From the NCBI GenBank assembly GCA_910583545.1, contig CAJTXM010000001.1:72865-136864 (forward strand): 64,000 nt of DNA, given 5' to 3'. Of the stretch, positions 23,318 through 31,841 are shown in pieces. The number at the start of each line of letters is the position of its first letter. The first letter of the stretch is position 1. The translations under genes and the position numbers were made by a program. The DNA comes from an uncultured Christensenella sp. Its GTDB lineage: Bacteria > Bacillota > Clostridia > Christensenellales > Borkfalkiaceae. The notes under the pieces are model-generated. The model saw only the letters and a program-made list of their open reading frames with translations, was not told the DNA's origin and ran no database searches.

Positions 23318-24748
23318 ATGAAAAAGAAAATGCTTTTAGCGGTGTGCGCGGTAACAGCCGCAACCGCTCTGACAGTCGGATTTACAGCCTGCGGCGGAGA
23401 CGGTGAGGGAATGAGCGCCGAGGACGCAAAAAAGAAAATTGCGACTTTTACCACTGTGCCTAATACCGTAAATGCAACTTTCAAGCAGACTTACAAGCTT
23501 GAAGTCAACTCTGACAATGCAAGCTTCAAATCGTTTGAAAAGGATATAGCCGATACCGTTACGGTAAATATCGACTATACTGCCGGCAACCTGTATTATT
23601 ACGGCAAAAAGACGGCAAAGGACAATTCGGTTACGGAACACCTCGTCGTCAAGGAAGACAGCACTTATTACTATCTGACTACCACGAAGGCGAAGCAGGC
23701 GCTTGCAAGCGAAGCAGATGCAAAGACGAAAATCAGCGAACTTTTGGAATCGCTTTCGAAAGAGACTGCCGGTTATATTGACGGCGACGCTTTCGTTTAC
23801 AGCAACGATTGGGTACATACTTATCTTCTTTTGGGAAGCGGTACTTTAAACGGCACGGAAAAATCTTTTACTTACAGTTACGACAAGGCTGACGGCGACG
23901 GGCTTAAAGTCAACGTCGGTATGGACTACGTCGGCTATTACGGCGACGCAGGTACGTTCGAGTTCGGCACGGACGCCGCGCATAAGGGCGCGAAAGCCGA
24001 GATAGTCACCGATTCGAAAGGCTATATCACCTCGTTTAATCAGACGCTCGACAACCATCTCGATATGAGAATTACGTCGACGCCTATTCCTCTCGACCTG
24101 TCGGGAACGCGTTCGCTTACGGCAACCTACGACGGCGCGGTAACCAAGAAGACGGCAGGCGATATCGAGCAGAATATCCCCACGACGAGCGAGATCAAAG
24201 TTCCCGAAGTCACCAACGCAACAATCACGACATACGATTTTAAAAACGGCGATTTCTCGACGCTCGGCAAGCCGAGTACGACTGTAACCGAGGGTAACTT
24301 CGTCGCAGTAAAGGTTGTTTGCGAAGAGGGCTTCGAAGTCAAATCCGTCAAGGTAAACGGAAGCGATACTCAGCTCATACAGGGCTATTATTGCCTGATG
24401 CAGCCTGCGACGGCAGGCACGACGTACAACGTCGCGGTAGTCGTCGGCGCGGTAGGCGAGGAAGTTCCCGCAACGGGCACTATTACCGTTGCCGAAACAG
24501 CGCACGCAACAATCACGACATACGATTTTAAAAACGGTGATTTCTCGACGCTTGCAAAGCCGAGCACGACCGTTACGGCAGGAAATTTTGTCGCCGTGAA
24601 AGTCGTTTGCGAAAGCGGTTATGAAGTTGATAACGTCAAAGTAAACGGTTCGGATACTGTGTTTATAAACGGCTATTACTGTCTTATGCAATCTGCGACG
24701 GCAGGCACGACTTATAACGTTGTCGTGACTTTAAAGGCAGCGGCTTAA
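23318..24748 (+). CDS. Lipoprotein with two C-terminal tandem repeat domains
   Basis: Signal peptide and lipobox MKKKMLLAVCAVTAATALTVGFTAC. Two copies of ATITTYDFKNGDFSTL.KPSTTVT.GNFVAVKVVCE.G.EV..VKVNGSDT...GYYCLMQ.ATAGTTYNV. Confidence 0.8.
   Translation: MKKKMLLAVCAVTAATALTVGFTACGGDGEGMSAEDAKKKIATFTTVPNTVNATFKQTYKLEVNSDNASFKSFEKDIADTVTVNIDYTAGNLYYYGKKTAKDNSVTEHLVVKEDSTYYYLTTTKAKQALASEADAKTKISELLESLSKETAGYIDGDAFVYSNDWVHTYLLLGSGTLNGTEKSFTYSYDKADGDGLKVNVGMDYVGYYGDAGTFEFGTDAAHKGAKAEIVTDSKGYITSFNQTLDNHLDMRITSTPIPLDLSGTRSLTATYDGAVTKKTAGDIEQNIPTTSEIKVPEVTNATITTYDFKNGDFSTLGKPSTTVTEGNFVAVKVVCEEGFEVKSVKVNGSDTQLIQGYYCLMQPATAGTTYNVAVVVGAVGEEVPATGTITVAETAHATITTYDFKNGDFSTLAKPSTTVTAGNFVAVKVVCESGYEVDNVKVNGSDTVFINGYYCLMQSATAGTTYNVVVTLKAAA
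24218..24736 (+). repeat. In-frame tandem duplication with a 288-bp period (about 1.8 copies)
   Basis: Copy 1 starts at 24218 and copy 2 at 24506 (gcaacaatcacgacatacgattttaaaaacgg...). The copies are highly similar at the DNA level. Confidence 0.8.
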
Positions 24749-24758
24749 AAGTTCGGAT

Positions 24759-24788
24759 AAATACGCCGTCCAGCGACGGCGTATTTTT
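24759..24788 (+). terminator. Rho-independent terminator
   Basis: AAATACGCCGTC cagc GACGGCGTATTT followed by TT. Confidence 0.8.
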
Positions 24789-24806
24789 AAGTCAAGGAGT
24801 TAAAAT

Positions 24807-26762
24807 ATGTTGGAAAAACCTTTAAAGGCAGGGAAAATGACACTCAAAAACCGCGTAGTGTTCCCTCCGCTTACTACGGGCTATGAAGAGCGCGACGGAT
24901 CCGTCGGCGAAAAAAGCCTCAACTTTTACAGGCGGTTGGCGCAGGGCGGAACGGCTTATATAGTTGTCGGCGACGTGGCTCCCGTGAATACGGCTTCGCC
25001 CACGCCGAAGCTCTTCTGCGACGCGCAGATACCTTCGTTTAAAAAGCTCGCAGACGCGTGCCACGAATACGGCGCAAAACTCGCCGTTCAGATATTTCAC
25101 CCCGAATACGACGTCGAAGGCGTCGGTGCGCTGATAGTCAAAAGCCGTGCTCTTATGCAGGCAGGCGATAAAGAGGGCAGTGACAGAACGACGAAAGAAG
25201 CGTTTGCCAAACTGCATTACGATATGGAGCATTTCGTCAACGAAGCTACCGAAAAACAGCTTTCTGATATCTGCACCGCGATTGCCGACTGCGCAAAACG
25301 CGCGGAGCAGGCAGGCGTTGACGCAGTACAGATACACGGCGACAGACTCGTCGGTTCGCTGTGTTCGAAAATTTTAAACAAGAGGAAGGACGGATACGGC
25401 GCAACGTTCGAAAACAGAATAAGGTTTGCGCTCGAAGTCGTGCGCGCGGTCAAAGCTTCCGCGCCGTCGCTTACGATAGACTATAAACTTCCCGTCATAA
25501 CTCCGGACAAAGACGGACTTCGCGGAAAGGGCGGTCTTGAAATCGACGAGGCGGTAAAGCTTTCGCAGATTCTCGAAAAAGAGGGCGTGGAAATGTTCCA
25601 CGTCGCTCAGGCAAACCATACGGGAAATATGAACGACACTATCCCTGCAATGGGCACGCGCGAATACGGTTTTGCCGTATCTTTGGCAGAAGCCGTAAAA
25701 AAGGCGGTCACCGTTCCCGTGTGCGCCGTCGGCAGAATTATCACTGAAGAGACGGCGGAAGCCGTCCTTGCGTCGGGCAAATGCGATCTTGTCGGACTCG
25801 GCAGACCGCTTTTGTGCGATCCCGATTTCGCGGATAAGGCAATTTCGGGCAGACCCGTCCGCTACTGTATGAGCTGTAACAAAGGCTGTACGGATAATAT
25901 AATCGGGCGGTCGTTCTGTCAGTGCGTGCTCAACGCCGAAAACGGCGCGGAATACGTCCGCAGTATCGAGCCTGCGGTAAACAGAAAAAAAGTCGCCGTA
26001 ATCGGCGCGGGCATAGCAGGGTTGGAGGCGGCGAGAGTTTGCGCCGTAAAGGGTCACAACGTCACGGTTTTTGAAAAAAGCTACGATATCGGCGGTCAGA
26101 TAAATATCGCGTCAGTCCCTCCGAGAAAGGGCGAAATGACTCGCGCCGTTCTGTATTACAGGAACGTTTTACCTGCGCTTGGCGTTACGGTTATTACGGG
26201 CAGACAGCCGTCGGTTTCTCAGTTGAATGACTTCGATGAAGTTATCGTTGCAGTAGGCGCGCGCAATTCGGATATAAAAGTCGAAGGCGCCTCTCTTCCG
26301 CACGTCGTCGGAGCGTGGAGCGTGCTTTGCGGAAGCTGTACCCTGTTCGGCAAAATCGCTGTAATCGGCGGAGGCCTTGTCGGAGCTGAAACGGCGGAGT
26401 TTCTCGCAAATCAGGGCGCGGACGTCAGCATTATAGAGATGACGGATAAAATCGCAAACGGCGAAAGCCCCACCGTTTTACCCGAAATGAAAGCAGATTT
26501 TGCCGAACACGGCGTAAAGGAATTCGTCAACTGCAAAGTGATAAAAATCACTGAAAAGGAAGTCGTATGCGAAAATACGTCGGACGGAAAAATCATAACG
26601 GTTCCTGCCGATTTCGTGGCTGTTGCCGTCGGCGCAAAGCCCGAAGTTATCGATCTTACGGGCGTTAAGGCAAACGTAAGTTATTGCGGTGACTGCGTAA
26701 AACCTTCCGATATTTCACACGCGGTGCGCAGCGCTTACGACGTTGCAAACGCAATCAATTAA
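24807..26762 (+). CDS. Old-yellow-enzyme-type NADH:flavin oxidoreductase fused to an FAD/NAD(P)-binding domain (2,4-dienoyl-CoA/enoate reductase family)
   Basis: The N-terminal OYE TIM barrel has the Cys cluster CMSCNKGCTDNIIGRSFCQC. The C-terminal part has dinucleotide-binding motifs VAVIGAGIAGLEAA and IAVIGGGLVGAE. Confidence 0.85.
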   Translation: MLEKPLKAGKMTLKNRVVFPPLTTGYEERDGSVGEKSLNFYRRLAQGGTAYIVVGDVAPVNTASPTPKLFCDAQIPSFKKLADACHEYGAKLAVQIFHPEYDVEGVGALIVKSRALMQAGDKEGSDRTTKEAFAKLHYDMEHFVNEATEKQLSDICTAIADCAKRAEQAGVDAVQIHGDRLVGSLCSKILNKRKDGYGATFENRIRFALEVVRAVKASAPSLTIDYKLPVITPDKDGLRGKGGLEIDEAVKLSQILEKEGVEMFHVAQANHTGNMNDTIPAMGTREYGFAVSLAEAVKKAVTVPVCAVGRIITEETAEAVLASGKCDLVGLGRPLLCDPDFADKAISGRPVRYCMSCNKGCTDNIIGRSFCQCVLNAENGAEYVRSIEPAVNRKKVAVIGAGIAGLEAARVCAVKGHNVTVFEKSYDIGGQINIASVPPRKGEMTRAVLYYRNVLPALGVTVITGRQPSVSQLNDFDEVIVAVGARNSDIKVEGASLPHVVGAWSVLCGSCTLFGKIAVIGGGLVGAETAEFLANQGADVSIIEMTDKIANGESPTVLPEMKADFAEHGVKEFVNCKVIKITEKEVVCENTSDGKIITVPADFVAVAVGAKPEVIDLTGVKANVSYCGDCVKPSDISHAVRSAYDVANAIN

Positions 26763-26864
26763 ACTTTTTCTCCATTGTTTTCTTTATCTGACGGCGCAGG
26801 CAAATTTTTTCCTGCGCCGTTAATCAGAGAATTTTTCAGATTTTTAAAATAAGGTAAAATAAAA

Positions 26865-26902
26865 AAGGATAAACCTTAAAAAGTTTATCCCTTTTATTTT
26901 TT
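26865..26902. terminator. AT-rich hairpin with T-runs on both strands
   Basis: GGATAAAC / GTTTATCC stem with an 8-nt loop, flanked by an A-run and a T-run. Confidence 0.4.
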
Positions 26903-26911
26903 CGAGTCAGA

Positions 26912-27031
26912 TTAAAATTTCATTACCGAAGCATAGAGTGCGTATACAAACAAAAGGCTGTTCTTTTTTTTCTGTTCTTCCATAACTTCGATATTGTCGC
27001 GTTTTTCTAATTCTTCAACGTCGTAAAACAT
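26912..27031 (-). CDS. Possible 39-aa small protein
   Basis: Internal ATG at 27031 with a strong AAAGGAGAG RBS. MFYDVEELEKRDNIEVMEEQKKKNSLLFVYALYASVMKF has a hydrophobic C-terminus. A hairpin follows. Confidence 0.35.
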   Translation of the reverse strand: MFYDVEELEKRDNIEVMEEQKKKNSLLFVYALYASVMKF

Positions 27032-27372
27032 ATTGCTTCTCTCCTTTTCAATGAAATTTTTTTGGTTCGTTTTCCGAATCGATTGCAGTATAGCAGAATG
27101 AAAAATGTTAGTCAATAACATTTTAAAACATTGCAAAAAAATTATTTTTGTGAACATTTAACGCATTTTTCAGTAAAACACTTCATTTTTGTAATCAAAA
27201 ATGAAAATATTTTTAATTTTGTTAAAAACTGACAAAATTGTTTTGTCAATAATCAGCCTGCATCTGCTCACAGCAATGTAGCGGCGGAGCGCAGTCAGCA
27301 TATTGAAAAAACTTGCAAAAATGTTGATTTTTAACATTTTTTGTTTGTTATTAAAAATTTTTAAAAAAAGTA

Positions 27373-27401
27373 TTGACAAAATAAATAATGAGTATTATAA
27401 T
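27373..27401 (+). promoter_or_regulatory. Consensus sigma-A promoter
   Basis: TTGACA (27373-27378), 17-nt spacer, TATAAT (27396-27401). It lies about 55 nt upstream of the lipoprotein gene. Confidence 0.7.
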
Positions 27402-27403
27402 TT

Positions 27404-27419
27404 ACTTAATCGGTTAAGT
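27404..27419 (+). promoter_or_regulatory. Near-perfect 16-bp palindrome, candidate LacI-family operator
   Basis: ACTTAATCGGTTAAGT is centred on CG and lies immediately after the -10 box. Confidence 0.45.
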
Positions 27420-27457
27420 AATTTAAAAAAACCGAAAAATATTAACGAGGTGTGTAG

Positions 27458-29308
27458 ATGAAAAGGGCTACTAAAATTGCAGGTCTTGTCGTTGCTACGG
27501 CTGTTTGCGTAACTTCGATGAGTGTGTTGGTCGCGTGCGGAGACGATCCTGCCGACACGGCGAAAAATGAATATACCGTTACTTATTACGACGGTACAAA
27601 AGAACTTAAAAAAGAAACGGTCAAGGAAGGCGAGAAGGCAACAAGATGGACGCCGACGAAGGAAAATTATACTTTCGTCGACTGGTACGCGACGCCTAAT
27701 TTTGCGCATAAATTCGATTTTGACGCGCCCATAACCGAAAACAAGTCTGCATTTGCGCAGTTTGCTTCGGCTACGCAGTCGGATGATACGCGTGATTTCT
27801 ATATAGTGGGAAGTGGCGTGAGTCCCGTGCTTATGGAAAGCAACTGGGGAAACAGCACGAGCGACAAACATAAGATGACTAAAACCGAAGGCAAAAACGA
27901 ATACACCTATACGGTGGATTTGTATGAAGGCGACAAGTTCCAGTTTGAAATTACGGGAACGGGCGACTGGCAGAACCAGCGCGGAGCCGGATATCTTACC
28001 GAAACCAAGCTTGACGGAACTACGGTTTTCAGCGGAGCGCAGACGATCGGCGACAATTCCTCGTACCGTCTCGACATCAAGTGCGAATATTCGGGCAACT
28101 ATACCTTCACGCTTACGACTCATCCCGACGACGACACCTACGAGACGAATCACCCCAGCTATACCGAAGACAACAAAGAGGCGTTCAATATCAACCCTCT
28201 CGATACGCTCAGCTGGAAGAGAAACGGCAACGCTCCCGAAATTACGGAAAAGATAACCGACTACTTTATCAAGGGCTCGGGCATAACCAACTGGAAGAAT
28301 ATGGTCAACGCTTCAACCAAGATGACCAACAAAAACGGTGTATATTCTCTGGAAGTATATCTCAAAGCCAACGAAGAGTTTATGTTCGCTTCGCAATTCA
28401 CGGTAGGAACGGCGGTCAGCGAGGGCAACTTATATATAAAAGCCGATTATCTTGACGAAGCGAGCAAGGCGTATATCGACCAAAAACCCAGTCTGAATAT
28501 GGTTGCAAAGGCAAGCGGCACTTATACGTTCACGTTTACCGAAGCTACGAATAAGCTGACGGTTGCGTTCGACGCGACTAAAACTCCCGTCTTAGCAGAT
28601 TACTATCTCGACGGTACTTACGACGGCGGTAACTGGGGCGACTTTATGGGAGCTGAAAACAAAGCCGAGCATAAGTTTACCGAAACGGTGGCGGGGTCCG
28701 GCGTGTTCGTTTTGGAAAACGTAGCTCTTGCAAAAGACGGACAAATGGTTCTGCGCGCTTATCCCAAAGACGAGTCGGAGCTTACCTGGAATAACGGTCT
28801 GGGCAATTTTAACTATACCTACCTTTACGGTGGCGGAAACGACTTTTCGGCAGTAGACGGCAACAACCTCAACATAAAGGTGCTTACGGCAGGCAATTAC
28901 GATATAACTTTCGACAGCTATTCGAAAATGATAACTATCGCAAAACACGTTGAATCAAAAGATAACCTTGACATTTATATCAAGGGTAAGAATATTAACG
29001 GTTGGGCGCACAACTGGTCGGAAGATTATATGCTTACTATTTCCGAAGACGAATTGACTTACGAATACGTACTCACCGTTGAAGAAGGCAAAGCGGTTGA
29101 ATTTGGACTTGAAAAACATCCTAAGGGTGAGAAAGAGGGTTACGGCACGTATCTCGGAGCTTCTGCTATGGGAACAAGCGGTGACGCGAACGATAAATTC
29201 AAGCCTGAATCCGGTACAAACTTTACCTGCTCGGTTGCGGGAACTTACAAAATAGTTTATACTATTGCAACGGGAACACTCGATTTCTATGCAGTGCCGA
29301 ACGCATAA
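27458..29308 (+). CDS. Surface lipoprotein with a Listeria-Bacteroides (Flg_new) repeat and about four repeated putative carbohydrate-binding modules
   Basis: Lipobox SVLVAC. YTVTYYDG..YTFVDWYATPNF matches the Flg_new repeat. Module openings recur: FYIVGSG, YFIKGSGITNW, YYLDGTYDGGNW, IYIKGKNINGW. Confidence 0.7.
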   Translation: MKRATKIAGLVVATAVCVTSMSVLVACGDDPADTAKNEYTVTYYDGTKELKKETVKEGEKATRWTPTKENYTFVDWYATPNFAHKFDFDAPITENKSAFAQFASATQSDDTRDFYIVGSGVSPVLMESNWGNSTSDKHKMTKTEGKNEYTYTVDLYEGDKFQFEITGTGDWQNQRGAGYLTETKLDGTTVFSGAQTIGDNSSYRLDIKCEYSGNYTFTLTTHPDDDTYETNHPSYTEDNKEAFNINPLDTLSWKRNGNAPEITEKITDYFIKGSGITNWKNMVNASTKMTNKNGVYSLEVYLKANEEFMFASQFTVGTAVSEGNLYIKADYLDEASKAYIDQKPSLNMVAKASGTYTFTFTEATNKLTVAFDATKTPVLADYYLDGTYDGGNWGDFMGAENKAEHKFTETVAGSGVFVLENVALAKDGQMVLRAYPKDESELTWNNGLGNFNYTYLYGGGNDFSAVDGNNLNIKVLTAGNYDITFDSYSKMITIAKHVESKDNLDIYIKGKNINGWAHNWSEDYMLTISEDELTYEYVLTVEEGKAVEFGLEKHPKGEKEGYGTYLGASAMGTSGDANDKFKPESGTNFTCSVAGTYKIVYTIATGTLDFYAVPNA

Positions 29309-29315
29309 CAAGTAA

Positions 29316-29345
29316 AAAGAAGGCGTTCTTCCGAACGCCTTCTTT
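29316..29345. terminator. Bidirectional terminator between convergent genes
   Basis: 13-bp stem AAAGAAGGCGTTC / GAACGCCTTCTTT with a 4-nt loop. Confidence 0.8.
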
Positions 29346-29347
29346 AA

Positions 29348-30124
29348 TTAAACGGTATATATATGTACGTCAAACGGTTCACGGCTTAAAGCCTTTTCAA
29401 CGCAGTCGGCGGTATGACGGCATAAGGGAAGGTATATATCTTCGTAATACAAATCCACGTTCCGTCTTTTGAAAAAGTCGGCTATAAACCCGTTGATTGT
29501 AAACACGGCGGTATCTTTCACCGAAAGAATATCGTCTGTAAATCGTACCGTCTCAAAGGCTGAAAGTATTCTGTTTTTCAGCTCCGCATCGTTCGGTTCG
29601 GGACAGACGAAAGCATAGTCCGTTTTAAAATAATTATCGGCTTTTGCTCTGAGTTTTTCAAAGTCGGGCGTTATCTGGAAAAAGAGTTTGTCCTCCACGC
29701 AGCAGTTGACCGCGATCAGAGGAATATAGTTCGCGTTGCCTATGGCGTAAAAGGTTTCCCTTGAAACGTTGTACGCGATTATCGCGTCCGCGCTGGTTAT
29801 TCTTCCGAACGGCGGAGCGATGAAAACAAGGTCGTATTTTCCGTTGAAGGCAAGCGAAAGCTTTTCCAGAACGTCGATAAAATCGGCTTTGTCGGCATAG
29901 TTTTCCGTCTGAGTGCATACGGCGATTATTTTTCTTGCAGAGGAGCGCAGGTTTTTGGCGAAGACGTTGGGCTTGTAATTGAACATATTTATTACGTGCC
30001 ATATCTTGTCTTTAGTTTCCTGACTTATCGACTGCCCTGCGGTATCGTTGATTACATACGATACGGTGGCGGCGGAAACGCCTGCCTCTCTTGCGATATC
30101 GTGAATCGTTATTCTTTTGCTCAT
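29348..30124 (-). CDS. LacI-family transcriptional regulator (short, 258 aa)
   Basis: Start moved to ATG 30124. HTH MSKRITIHDIAREAGVSAATVSYVIND. The ligand-binding part is shorter than in typical LacI proteins. Confidence 0.8.
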   Translation of the reverse strand: MSKRITIHDIAREAGVSAATVSYVINDTAGQSISQETKDKIWHVINMFNYKPNVFAKNLRSSARKIIAVCTQTENYADKADFIDVLEKLSLAFNGKYDLVFIAPPFGRITSADAIIAYNVSRETFYAIGNANYIPLIAVNCCVEDKLFFQITPDFEKLRAKADNYFKTDYAFVCPEPNDAELKNRILSAFETVRFTDDILSVKDTAVFTINGFIADFFKRRNVDLYYEDIYLPLCRHTADCVEKALSREPFDVHIYTV

Positions 30125-30176
30125 ACGAAAAATTATACCAAAAATACGTTTAAATGTCAATATATAAGAGGATTCT

Positions 30177-31766
30177 ATGAACGAAAAAGCAATGGCGCAC
30201 AGTCCCGAATCTAAATACTGTTTCGCCCTCGACAAAAATACCGTCAGATTAAGACTGAGAATTTCTAAGAACGACCGCCCCGAAAAGGTGGACGTGGTCT
30301 ACGGCGGGAAATACGAATTTGCGCTTAAACAGAACCGTCTTACGGCGGTGCGCGTATGCGAGGACGCGCTTTTTGCGTACTATACCGCAACGCTTAAACT
30401 CAAAGACAGGCGTCTTGTGTACGTCTTTGAAATTTCGGACAAGGGGAAAACCTATTACTATTCCGAGGACGGACTCACCGGAAAATACGATTTTTCGCTC
30501 AGCTTTTACAACTGTTTTCAGTACGCCTATATAAACGACTGCGATATACACAGGGGCGCGGACTGGATGAAAAGCGCCGTCTTTTATCAGATTTTCGTCG
30601 ACAGATTCAATATCGGCGACGGTAAAAAGGACAAAAGCTATATCAATCTTAAATGGGGAGAAAAGCCCACGCCGAAAAGTTTTGCAGGCGGTGACTTAAA
30701 GGGCATATGCGACAAGCTTGACTATATTTCAAGCCTCGGCGCAAACACGATTTACCTCACGCCCGTGTTTACTTCGGTATCAAACCACAAGTACGATATA
30801 GCCGATTACTTCGAAATCGACAGGCAGTTCGGTGATAAAGACGACCTGAAAAACCTTGTGGAAGGCGCGCATAAGCGCGGAATGAAAGTCGTTCTGGACG
30901 CCGTTTTCAACCATTGCAGTGAAAATCTCAAACAGTTTCGGGACGTACTTAAAAACGGCAGGAAATCAAAATATTATAACTGGTTCGTCATTAACGGCGA
31001 CAGTCCGCTCGAATACGAGTGCTTCGCTTCCTGCAAGTATATGCCCAAGTTCAACACGTCAAACAGGGAAGTGCGCGGCTACCTTATCAGCGTAGCTACA
31101 TACTGGATAAAGGAGTTCGATATAGACGGCTGGCGGTTGGATGTTTCGGACGAGGTTTCGCACGGATTCTGGCGCGATATGCGCAGGGCGGTAAAGGAAA
31201 TAAAAGAGGACTGTGTTCTGATAGGCGAAAACTGGCACGACGCAAACGTGTACCTCAAAGGCGACCAGTTCGATTCGATTATGAACTACGCGTTCACGAA
31301 AGCCTGCCTCGACTTTTACGCGTTCGGAACGCTGAGCGCACAAGGCTTTGCAGACAGACTCAACGGGATACTTATGCGCAACACCGACACCGTCAACTCG
31401 ATGATGCTCAATCTTCTGGACAGCCACGACACGCACAGGTTTCTTACTCAGACGGGCGGAGATATAAGCAAGCTTTTGAGCGCGCTGTGCGTTATGTTCT
31501 TTTTCACGGGCGCGCCGTGCATATATTACGGCACGGAAAACGCAATGGAGGGGGGCTACGACCCCGATTGCAGACGCACCTTCGACTGGAATGAAGAGGG
31601 GCGCGAAAACACGGTAAAATCGCTCATTAAGAAGTTGAGCGAACTGAAAAAAAGTCCGTCGTTCGCTTCTGCGGAAGTTAAGATTTACGCGCAGGACGGA
31701 CAGCTTATAATAGAGAGAGATAACTATAAATTAACGGTCGGAAACGAAGGTTTCGCCATAGATTAA
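30177..31766 (+). CDS. GH13 alpha-amylase-family enzyme (neopullulanase / cyclomaltodextrinase type)
   Basis: AVFYQIFVDRF, GGDLKGI..KLDYISSLGANTIYLTPVF, DAVFNH, GWRLDV, GENWH, LLDSHDT. Confidence 0.9.
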   Translation: MNEKAMAHSPESKYCFALDKNTVRLRLRISKNDRPEKVDVVYGGKYEFALKQNRLTAVRVCEDALFAYYTATLKLKDRRLVYVFEISDKGKTYYYSEDGLTGKYDFSLSFYNCFQYAYINDCDIHRGADWMKSAVFYQIFVDRFNIGDGKKDKSYINLKWGEKPTPKSFAGGDLKGICDKLDYISSLGANTIYLTPVFTSVSNHKYDIADYFEIDRQFGDKDDLKNLVEGAHKRGMKVVLDAVFNHCSENLKQFRDVLKNGRKSKYYNWFVINGDSPLEYECFASCKYMPKFNTSNREVRGYLISVATYWIKEFDIDGWRLDVSDEVSHGFWRDMRRAVKEIKEDCVLIGENWHDANVYLKGDQFDSIMNYAFTKACLDFYAFGTLSAQGFADRLNGILMRNTDTVNSMMLNLLDSHDTHRFLTQTGGDISKLLSALCVMFFFTGAPCIYYGTENAMEGGYDPDCRRTFDWNEEGRENTVKSLIKKLSELKKSPSFASAEVKIYAQDGQLIIERDNYKLTVGNEGFAID

Positions 31767-31778
31767 ATTCAAATTCGT

Positions 31779-31816
31779 TAAGGGATATCCCTTATGCGTT
31801 TGCAGGCAAACGCATA
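31779..31816 (+). promoter_or_regulatory. Perfect 16-bp palindrome plus an adjacent hairpin between the GH13 and binding-protein genes
   Basis: TAAGGGATATCCCTTA at 31779-31794, and TATGCGTTTGC ag GCAAACGCATA at 31793-31816. Confidence 0.45.
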
Positions 31817-31841
31817 ATAAATCATTAACAGTGAGGAAAAT

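Noticed and set aside
23846-26057. Minus-strand ORFs 23846-24691 (281 aa) and 25374-26057 (227 aa); also 27395-28153, 40788-41633 (+), 49789-50424, 62217-63032 and 22622-23062
   Set aside because: All are antisense shadows of well-supported genes with clear motifs on the other strand. Their translations are Arg-rich and low in complexity.
27170-27379. 69-aa minus-strand ORF in the AT-rich spacer
   Set aside because: Its Ile/Phe/Asn/Lys-rich translation is typical of AT-rich non-coding DNA. It overlaps the consensus promoter and has no RBS.
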